Shown here piece by piece: positions 8,979 to 16,118 of a stretch of DNA of 64,000 nt. The notes beneath the pieces were generated by a model. It was not told the DNA's origin. It made no database searches and saw nothing but the letters and a program-made list of their open reading frames with translations. This stretch comes from Acidobacteriota bacterium (GTDB lineage: Bacteria; Acidobacteriota; Vicinamibacteria; Vicinamibacterales; UBA2999). The stretch covers positions 8,986 through 72,985 of the forward strand of contig JBEGVQ010000167.1 of NCBI GenBank assembly GCA_041178345.1. The letters run 5' to 3'. Made by a program: the position numbers and the translations under genes. The first letter of the stretch is position 1, and each line of letters begins with the position of its first letter.

Positions 8979-9087
8979 GCCACAGAGGCCACAGAGGACA
9001 CCGAGGAATATTTTCGAACTGTCACCTTATTCGGAAGTGTCGCTGCGCCTTTTTATAGAAATTGGTTGTCTCTGTGTCCTCTGTGGC
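8979..9087. repeat. 9-mer tandem (GCCACAGAG) and matching inverted copy flanking the imuB-dnaE2 spacer (family F5)
   Basis: gccacagag gccacagag gacaccgag at 8979-9005. Reverse complement ctctgtgtcctctgtggc at 9070-9087 matches 17 of 18 nt and overlaps the first dnaE2 codons. Confidence 0.9.
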
Positions 9088-12000
9088 TTACATCGAACTG
9101 CATACGTCCTCTGCTTTTAGTTTTCTGCGTGCGGCCTCCACACCGGAAACCCTGATCGAGCGCGCCGCCACGTTGGGTTATCCGGCAGTGGCGCTGCTCG
9201 ATCGCGACGGCGTCTCGGGAGCCCCGCGCTTCCATAAGGCCGCCCTCGCCGCCGGCCTGCGACCGCTGATTGGCGCCGAACTCACCCTCACGGGGAAGTC
9301 AGAAGGGAGAAGTCAGAAGTTAGAAGGGAAGAGGTCTTCTGCTCACTTCTCCCCTCTCACTTCTCACTTTCATCTTCCTGTCCTGGTGGCGTCGCAGGAA
9401 GGGTGGAGAAACCTCTGCCGGCTGCTGTCGCGCATGAAGCTGCGGGCGCCGAAAGGGGAGGGGGCGCTGGCCCTCGATGAACTCGACGGTGTTACGACCG
9501 GGCTCATCGCCATGCCGGGCCGCGCCTTGCTGCGGGCCGAGCGGTACGGGGTCGGCGGCCTGCTGGATCGCATTGTCGGCACGTTTGGCCGCGCCAACAC
9601 GTACGTCGAGTTACAGCGGCACTTGCACCGCGATCAAGAAGACGACAACGACGCGCTGGTGTGCCTGGCCGAGGCGTTTCGCGTGCCGCTCGTGGCCACC
9701 GGCGGCGTGGGCTTTGCCACGCCCGAGGAGCGGCCGTTGCTCGACGTGCTGACGTCGATTCGCGAGCACGTGCCGCTGCACCGGGCCGGCCGCCGCCTGG
9801 CGGCGAATGCCGAGCGCTACTTGAAACCGCCGGCGCAAATGGCGCGGCTGTTCGCGGATCGGCCCGGCGCCATCCACGCGACCCGCGACCTCGCCGATCG
9901 CCTGCAGTTCACGATGACCGATCTGGGCTATCGCTTTCCCCGGTACCCGGTGCCGGACGGCGAGACCGAGATCTCGTTTCTCCGCAAGATCGCCGAAGTG
10001 GGTGCGCGCGATCGCTACCGGCCGTATTACGACCAGGCCCGCGCGCAAGTGGCGCGCGAACTGGACCTGATCGAGAAGCTGCAACTGGCCGGCTACTTCC
10101 TGATCGTGTGGGACATCGTGAACTTCTGCCGCCAGCAGGACATCCTGGTGCAGGGCCGCGGCTCGGCCGCCAACAGCGCCGTCTGCTACAGCCTCGGCAT
10201 CACCGCCGTGGATCCGGTGGCGATGGAGTTGCTGTTCGAGCGCTTCCTGTCGGAGGAGCGCGGCGAGTGGCCCGACATCGATCTCGACCTGCCAAGCGGC
10301 GATCGGCGCGAGCGGGTGATTCAGCACGTCTACCAGAAGTACGGGCAACACGGCGCCGCCATGACCGCCAACGTCATCACCTATCGCGGCAAGAGCGCGG
10401 CACGGGAAGTGGGAAAGGCGCTCGACCTGGACGAGGGGCAGATCGATCGCCTGGCCAAGGTGATGCACCAGTTCGAGTTCATCGATCCCGCCGACACCTT
10501 GTCGAAGAAGCTCGCCGAGGTCGGCATGGCCGGCGACGAGCCGCGCGTGCGCCACTTTGCCGAGCTGTGGCGGCAAATGCAGGACCTGCCGCGTCACCTC
10601 GGCCAGCATTCCGGCGGCATGGTGGTGTGCCAGGGCGACCTGTCGTCGGTGGTGCCGCTCGAGAACGCCAGCATGCCCGGCCGCGTGGTGGTGCAGTGGG
10701 ACAAGGAAGACTGCGCCGACATGGGCATCATCAAGGTGGACTTGTTGGGACTCGGGATGATGGCCGTGCTGCAAGACACCATCCACCTGATTAACAGCCG
10801 GGAGCCGGGAGTCGGGAGTCGGGAGTCGGGTCGGGAGTCGGAGATGAGCCTGGCCACCATTCCCGCGGACGATCCCGAGGTCTACCAGATGCTGTGCGCG
10901 GCCGACACGATTGGCGTGTTCCAGGTCGAGTCGCGGGCGCAGATGGCAACGCTGCCGCGGCTCAAGCCCGAGAAGTTCTACGACCTGGTCGTCGAGGTCG
11001 CGATCATTCGCCCCGGCCCGATCGTCGGGCAGATGGTGCATCCGTACCTGAATCGCCGCGCGGGACGCGAAGCGGTGACGTACGACCATCCGCTGCTCGA
11101 GCCCATCCTCAAGCGCACGCTGGGCGTGCCGTTGTTCCAGGAGCAGTTACTGCGCATGGCCATGGTGGTGGCCAACTTCACCGGCGGGCAGGCCGAGGAC
11201 CTGCGGCGCGCCATGGGCTTCAAGCGCTCCGAGAAGCGCATGCGGCAGCTCGAGGGACTGTTGCGCGACGGCATGGCGAAGAACGGCATCACCGGCGAGG
11301 CCGCCGATCGCATCGTGCTGGCGATCACGTCGTTTGCCTTGTACGGCTTTCCCGAATCGCACGCCGCCAGCTTCGCGCTGCTGGCGTATGCGAGTGCGTA
11401 CTTCAAGCGGCACTACCCGGCGGCGTTCTACGCGGCGCTGCTCAACAACCAGCCGATGGGGTTCTATCATCCCGCCACCCTGGTGAAGGACGCGCAGCGG
11501 CGCGGTGTGCGCTTCAATCCCATCGACGTGCAGGTGTCGGATTGGGACTGCACGGTGGCAACAGATGGCTCGATCCGGCTCGGCCTGCGCTACGTGCGCG
11601 GGTTGCGGGCCGAGGCGGGGCAGGCGATCGCGAGCGTAAAGTCGGAAGTGAAAAGTGAAAAGCCAGAAGGGTGGAGCGAGCGTTGTCCGAAGTGCGGCTG
11701 CGACGATCCGACCATGTTGGAAACCACGCCGCAGGCGTCGCGGTTCTGCAACGTGTGTTCGCACGAGTGGACGGTCGCGCCGCCGCACACGGTCCGCTTC
11801 CGCAGCGTCGATGACCTGGTGCGCCGCGCGGGGCTCCGCCGCGACGAGATGGTGGCCCTGGCCGAGATCGGCGCGCTCAACTCGCTCGGCCATGACCGCC
11901 GCTCGGCCCTGTGGCAGGTCGAACGAGCGGTCCGTCCCGCCGGCAAGCTATTCGAAGAGGGCGGGACGGAGGGCCTCGGTACGGAGGGCCGGGACTTTAG

Positions 12001-12457
12001 TCCCGGCCATACAGTCGATAGTCCGCTGCCCGACATGAACGTCTCCGAACGCCTCATTGCCGACTACTCCGGTACCGGCCTCACTGTCGGCCCGCATCCG
12101 CTGACCTTCCGCCGCCACGAGCTGTCGATGCGCGGCGTGCTGCCGGCCATCGAGTTGCCGAAGGCGCGGGCGGGCCGCCGCGTGCGCACGGCCGGCATGG
12201 TGATCACGCGCCAGCGGCCAGGCACCGCCAAGGGCTTCGTCTTTCTCACCCTCGAAGACGAAACCGGCATCGCCAACATCATCGTCCGGCCCGATCTCTA
12301 CGCTACCGATCGCCTGACTATCATCGAGGCGTCGTTTCTCATGGTCGAGGGCGTGCTGCAGAACCAGGACGGCGTCACCTCGATCAAGGCCGAGCGGGTG
12401 TCGCGGCTGGCCGGCCTGCCCGACAGCGCAGCGATCGATTCGCACGATTTCCACTGA
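9062..12457 (+). CDS. dnaE2: error-prone DNA polymerase DnaE2 (ImuC)
   Basis: 1131 aa. PHP N-terminus YIELHTSSAFSFLRAAS, catalytic core ...ADTIGVFQVESRAQMATLPRLKP...AIIRPGPIVGQMVHPYLNRR, and a C-terminal OB region. The start is ambiguous (TTG 9062, GTG 9074 or GTG 9083). Confidence 0.95.
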   Translation: MVVSVSSVAYIELHTSSAFSFLRAASTPETLIERAATLGYPAVALLDRDGVSGAPRFHKAALAAGLRPLIGAELTLTGKSEGRSQKLEGKRSSAHFSPLTSHFHLPVLVASQEGWRNLCRLLSRMKLRAPKGEGALALDELDGVTTGLIAMPGRALLRAERYGVGGLLDRIVGTFGRANTYVELQRHLHRDQEDDNDALVCLAEAFRVPLVATGGVGFATPEERPLLDVLTSIREHVPLHRAGRRLAANAERYLKPPAQMARLFADRPGAIHATRDLADRLQFTMTDLGYRFPRYPVPDGETEISFLRKIAEVGARDRYRPYYDQARAQVARELDLIEKLQLAGYFLIVWDIVNFCRQQDILVQGRGSAANSAVCYSLGITAVDPVAMELLFERFLSEERGEWPDIDLDLPSGDRRERVIQHVYQKYGQHGAAMTANVITYRGKSAAREVGKALDLDEGQIDRLAKVMHQFEFIDPADTLSKKLAEVGMAGDEPRVRHFAELWRQMQDLPRHLGQHSGGMVVCQGDLSSVVPLENASMPGRVVVQWDKEDCADMGIIKVDLLGLGMMAVLQDTIHLINSREPGVGSRESGRESEMSLATIPADDPEVYQMLCAADTIGVFQVESRAQMATLPRLKPEKFYDLVVEVAIIRPGPIVGQMVHPYLNRRAGREAVTYDHPLLEPILKRTLGVPLFQEQLLRMAMVVANFTGGQAEDLRRAMGFKRSEKRMRQLEGLLRDGMAKNGITGEAADRIVLAITSFALYGFPESHAASFALLAYASAYFKRHYPAAFYAALLNNQPMGFYHPATLVKDAQRRGVRFNPIDVQVSDWDCTVATDGSIRLGLRYVRGLRAEAGQAIASVKSEVKSEKPEGWSERCPKCGCDDPTMLETTPQASRFCNVCSHEWTVAPPHTVRFRSVDDLVRRAGLRRDEMVALAEIGALNSLGHDRRSALWQVERAVRPAGKLFEEGGTEGLGTEGRDFSPGHTVDSPLPDMNVSERLIADYSGTGLTVGPHPLTFRRHELSMRGVLPAIELPKARAGRRVRTAGMVITRQRPGTAKGFVFLTLEDETGIANIIVRPDLYATDRLTIIEASFLMVEGVLQNQDGVTSIKAERVSRLAGLPDSAAIDSHDFH
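9295..9378. repeat. imperfect ~84-bp palindrome of GAAGTNAGAAG units in-frame in dnaE2 (family F3)
   Basis: Left arm gaagtcagaagggagaagtcagaagttagaaggg. Right arm ctcacttctcccctctcacttctcacttt is its approximate reverse complement. Encodes GKSEGRSQKLEGKRSSAHFSPLTSHFH. Confidence 0.9.
10800..10846. repeat. GGGAGTC heptamer tandem tract inside dnaE2 (family F1, plus orientation)
   Basis: gggagcc gggagtc x3 gggtc gggagtc ggagatg. Encodes EPGVGSRESGRESEM. Confidence 0.9.
11636..11671. repeat. GAAGTGAAAAG-type repeat inside dnaE2 (family F3)
   Basis: gtaaagtcggaagtgaaaagtgaaaagccagaaggg. Encodes VKSEVKSEKPEG, immediately 5' of the zinc-ribbon insert. Confidence 0.85.
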
Positions 12458-12461
12458 TTGA

Positions 12462-12485
12462 GGCCCCGCCTGCAACGCCGGGGCC
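12462..12485 (+). terminator. weak hairpin after dnaE2
   Basis: GGCCCCG, 10-nt loop, CGGGGCC, 5 nt after the TGA. There is no U-tract. Confidence 0.3.
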
Positions 12486-12513
12486 CGTAAAGGCGTCACA
12501 CTACGAACACATC

Positions 12514-13962
12514 ATGACCACTTCCCCTCGCATTCTGCTGACCGGCGCCACCGGCTATGTCGGCGGCCGGTTGCTGCCCGCGCTCGAGGCCGCCGGCCAC
12601 ACCGTGCGCTGCCTGACCCGGCGGCCCGAAGTATTGACACACGGTCACCCCGCCCGCGATGTCGTCAAGGGCGACGTGCTCGAGCGATCGACCCTAGATG
12701 CCGCCATGCGCGGCGTCGACGTGGCGTATTACCTGGTGCACTCGATGGGCGCCACCGGCTCATTCGAGGAGGCCGATCGCCAGGGCGCCGCCAACTTCGC
12801 CGCCGCCGCCAAGGCGGCCGGCGTCGGCCGGATCATCTACCTGGGCGGCCTGGGCCGCGAAGACGAAGACCTGTCGGCCCACCTGCGCAGCCGGCAGGAA
12901 GTGGGGCGCATCTTGCGCGAGTCGGGCGTGCCCGTGCTCGAGTTCCGCGCCTCGATCGTGATTGGGGCCGGCAGCCTGTCGTTCGAGATGATCCGGTCGC
13001 TCGTCGAGCGCCTGCCGTTCATGATCACGCCCAAGTGGGTGCGGGTGCCGGCGCAGCCCATCGCCATTGACGACTTGCTCGCCTACCTGATCGAGGCGCT
13101 GACCCTGCCCGACGCCGCCTGCCGCGTGTACGAGATTGGCGGCGCCGATCGCGTGTCGTATGCCGACATCATGCGGCTCTACGCGCGGTTGAGCGGGCGG
13201 CGCTTGCGGATGCTCGAGGTGCCAATTCTCACGCCCTATGTCTCTAGCCTGTGGCTGGGGCTGATTACGCCGCTCTATGCCCGCGTCGGCCGCAAGCTGA
13301 TCGAAAGCATCGTCCACAGCACGGTGGTCAGCGACGATATGGCGCTGCGCACGTTCGCGGTGCGGCCCATGGGCGTCGAAGCCGCGGTGCGCCGTGCGCT
13401 CGGCGAAGAGACCGCCGAACCGGCGACGCGATGGAACGACGCCTTGTCGTCGGCGCGGCCCCGCCCCTCGTGGCAGGGGGTGACCTTCGGCCGCCAACTG
13501 ACCGACGCGCGTGCCATTGCCGTGGGCGCGCCGGCGCCGGTGGTGTTCGCGTGCATCGAGCGCATTGGCGGCGATACCGGCTGGTACGCCTGGAACTGGC
13601 TGTGGCGACTCCGCGGTGTGCTCGACCTGCTGGCCGGCGGCGTCGGCATGCGGCGGGGACGGCCGTCGCCCACCCGGCTGCGCGTGGGCGACACGCTCGA
13701 CTTCTGGCGCGTCGAGGCGATCGAGCCCGGCGCGCGCCTGCGGCTGTCGGCCGAGATGCGGTTGCCCGGCCGCGCCTGGCTCGAGTTTGAGGTGCGACAG
13801 GACGGGCCGTTCACCACCATCAACCAGGTCGCGACCTTCGACCCGCACGGCGCGCTCGGCCAAGCCTATTGGTACTCGTTGTACCCGTTGCATCACCTGG
13901 TATTTGGCGGAATGCTTCGTGGCATCGCCCACGCCGCGCTGCAGCCGCCGGCCTCACGCTGA
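12514..13962 (+). CDS. NAD(P)H-binding SDR-like protein with DUF2867-type C-terminal domain
   Basis: 482 aa. ILLTGATGYVGGRLLPAL is a Rossmann motif. The C-terminal half resembles DUF2867 fusions. Confidence 0.75.
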   Translation: MTTSPRILLTGATGYVGGRLLPALEAAGHTVRCLTRRPEVLTHGHPARDVVKGDVLERSTLDAAMRGVDVAYYLVHSMGATGSFEEADRQGAANFAAAAKAAGVGRIIYLGGLGREDEDLSAHLRSRQEVGRILRESGVPVLEFRASIVIGAGSLSFEMIRSLVERLPFMITPKWVRVPAQPIAIDDLLAYLIEALTLPDAACRVYEIGGADRVSYADIMRLYARLSGRRLRMLEVPILTPYVSSLWLGLITPLYARVGRKLIESIVHSTVVSDDMALRTFAVRPMGVEAAVRRALGEETAEPATRWNDALSSARPRPSWQGVTFGRQLTDARAIAVGAPAPVVFACIERIGGDTGWYAWNWLWRLRGVLDLLAGGVGMRRGRPSPTRLRVGDTLDFWRVEAIEPGARLRLSAEMRLPGRAWLEFEVRQDGPFTTINQVATFDPHGALGQAYWYSLYPLHHLVFGGMLRGIAHAALQPPASR

Positions 13963-14142
13963 CACGGCGCCTCGGGTTTGGTGACAGTGGGCAGTCATGA
14001 CGCGGTTCCGCTCGAAGGTTGACGCGCTGAGCAGTGTCGCCCACCGACAAGGCCGGCGTCGTCGAGCTTGTTCGCCGGCGTAAACCCGACGCCCAGCTGG
14101 AAGGCTTCACCAGCTCAGTCCCGCAAGCCGTACAATAGGCCC

Positions 14143-14400
14143 GTGCGAGCGCTGGTTCTCTTCGGCGTCGTCGTCGGAGCCCTCGTCGCCCTGTTGTGGG
14201 CCCGGCCGGCCATGGTCATGGGCGCCGCGCCGCCCCGCCTGGCCTTCCAGACCTTCCGCCTGCCGATCGTCGGCAGCGGCAAGGCCGAGCAGGTCACCAG
14301 CGACCCCTCGCACAAGACCCAGCCGGCATGGTCGCCGGATGGGGCGCGTCTTGCCTCTACCGCCTGGAGCTACGAAGCCGTCTTCTTCGCCATGCGATGA
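14143..14400 (+). CDS. small membrane-anchored protein with a single PD40/TolB-like repeat (possible gene remnant)
   Basis: A GTG start gives VRALVLFGVVVGALVALLW (TM) followed by ...SDPSHKTQPAWSPDGARLAS (PD40 motif). Its stop overlaps the SulP ATG (ATGA at 14397-14400). Confidence 0.3.
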   Translation: MRALVLFGVVVGALVALLWARPAMVMGAAPPRLAFQTFRLPIVGSGKAEQVTSDPSHKTQPAWSPDGARLASTAWSYEAVFFAMR

Positions 14401-16079
14401 CGAAACCACTGCCAGAGTGGGCGCCTCGGTCGGTCCAGACGCTGGCCGGCGGGTACGATTCGGCGGCGCTGACCGCTGACGTGATCGCCGGTGTCACCGT
14501 TGGTTTGGTGGCCCTGCCGCTGGCGATGGCGTTTGCCATCGCCTCGGGCCTGCCGCCCCAGGCCGGCATCTACTGCGCCATCGTCACCGGCTTCATCATC
14601 TCGGCCCTGGGTGGGTCGCGCTTTCAGATTGGCGGACCGACGGGCGCGTTCGTGGTCGTCATCTCGGGCATCGTCTCTGAACACGGCGTCGATGGCCTGT
14701 TCATGTGCACCTTGATGGCCGGCGTGATCCTGGTCGTGATGGGACTGACCGGCACGGGTACGGCCGTGAAGTACATCCCCAAGCCGGTGATGGTCGGCTT
14801 CACCAACGGCATTGCCCTGGTGATTGCCAGCACCCAGATCAAGGACTTCCTGGGTCTCGAGATGGCGGTGCCCGGGGAGTTCATCGGGCGCATCGAGGTG
14901 ATTGGCGCCAATCTCGGCGCCGTGTCGTCCGACTCGCTGGCGCTCGGCGGGGGCACGTTGCTGTTGCTGATTCTCTGGAGCCGCCACTTCAAGCGGATTC
15001 CCGCGTACATCGTGGCGCTGTTTGCCGGCACCGGCATCGCGTTCGCGCTCCAACTCGACGTCGCCACGGTGGGGTCGCGGTTTGGTGGCATTCCGGCGGG
15101 CCTGCCCGGGTTCCACCTCCCGGCGTTCAGGCCCGAGCTGGTCCTGACGCTGCTCTCACCGGCCCTGACGGTTGCCATGCTCGGCGCGATCGAGTCGTTG
15201 CTGTCGGCGGTCGTGGCCGATCGCATGGGCGGTGGTCGCCACAATCCGAATACCGAGTTGTTTGCCCAGGGTGTCGCCAACATCGTATCGCCGATGTTTG
15301 GCGGGTTGCCGGCGACCGGCGCGCTGGCGCGCACGGCGACCAATATCCGCTCCGGTGCGCGATCGCCGATGTCGGGGATCATCCACGCCGTGACGTTGCT
15401 GGGCGTGCTGCTGTTCGGGGCGCGGCTGGCGGCGGATGTGCCGTTGCCGGTGCTGGCCGCCATCCTGTTCGTGGTCGCGTGGAACATGGGCGAGTGGCTG
15501 GAGATTGGCGAGGTCTTCAAGCAGTCGTACGCCGACATCCTGGTCTGGACCGCGACCTTCCTGCTCACGGTCCTGGCCGACCTGACGGTGGCGGTCGAGG
15601 TCGGCATGGTACTGGCGGCGTTGTTGTTCATCCGCCGGGTGGCGGCCACGACGACGGTGAGCCGCGTGACCCACGCGTACATTGAGGCGGGACGGCCGCA
15701 CATCCTGCAGGACAAGGTCATTCCCGACGACGTCGCCGTCTTCCGCATTCACGGCCCGTTCCTGTTCGGCGGCACCGACAAGCTGCGAGAGATTTCGGAT
15801 CGCGCCGACACGTTGCCGCCGGTCGTGGTGCTGCGTCTCCGGAACATGACGGCCATCGACGCCACCGGCATCAGCGCGATCGAGGAGCTGGCCGACGAGC
15901 TAAAAGCGAAGGGGCGGACGCTGGTGCTGTGTGGCGCGCCGCGACAGCCGATGGCCGCCCTGCAGAAGGCCGAACTCCACGAGCGGCTGGGCGAGGCCAA
16001 CATTTGCGAGAGCGTGCAAGCCGCGCTCGATCGCGCGGCGGTCGTGAACGCGGAAAAAGAAAAGGCCGAGGCGGGGTAG
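14397..16079 (+). CDS. SulP-family anion transporter with C-terminal STAS domain
   Basis: MTKPLPEW...ADVIAGVTVGLVALPLAMAFAIASGLPPQAGIY is the SulP signature. The STAS-like tail is VVVLRLRNMTAIDATGISAIEEL. The ORF-track start at 14196 is rejected. Confidence 0.9.
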   Translation: MTKPLPEWAPRSVQTLAGGYDSAALTADVIAGVTVGLVALPLAMAFAIASGLPPQAGIYCAIVTGFIISALGGSRFQIGGPTGAFVVVISGIVSEHGVDGLFMCTLMAGVILVVMGLTGTGTAVKYIPKPVMVGFTNGIALVIASTQIKDFLGLEMAVPGEFIGRIEVIGANLGAVSSDSLALGGGTLLLLILWSRHFKRIPAYIVALFAGTGIAFALQLDVATVGSRFGGIPAGLPGFHLPAFRPELVLTLLSPALTVAMLGAIESLLSAVVADRMGGGRHNPNTELFAQGVANIVSPMFGGLPATGALARTATNIRSGARSPMSGIIHAVTLLGVLLFGARLAADVPLPVLAAILFVVAWNMGEWLEIGEVFKQSYADILVWTATFLLTVLADLTVAVEVGMVLAALLFIRRVAATTTVSRVTHAYIEAGRPHILQDKVIPDDVAVFRIHGPFLFGGTDKLREISDRADTLPPVVVLRLRNMTAIDATGISAIEELADELKAKGRTLVLCGAPRQPMAALQKAELHERLGEANICESVQAALDRAAVVNAEKEKAEAG

Positions 16080-16089
16080 CCTCGGCCTT
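16062..16089. terminator. bidirectional hairpin between convergent SulP and RidA genes
   Basis: AAGGCCGAGGC, ggggta loop, GCCTCGGCCTT (11-bp perfect stem) followed by cttggtgtt. The stem includes the SulP stop codon. Confidence 0.6.
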
Positions 16090-16118
16090 CTTGGTGTTAA
16101 GCCGGCTAAAGCCGGATT

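Noticed and set aside
9611-11089. 492-aa minus-strand ORF, together with 9661..10794 and 10894..11658 on the plus strand
   Set aside because: These are antisense or off-frame shadows of dnaE2, whose conserved polymerase motifs fix the true frame.
14196-14396. Upstream extension of the SulP ORF, and likewise 20879..21100 for the 6-TM protein
   Set aside because: The extensions are Arg/Pro-rich and overlap neighbouring genes. Internal ATG starts sit in ATGA overlaps and begin the hydrophobic or conserved sequence.
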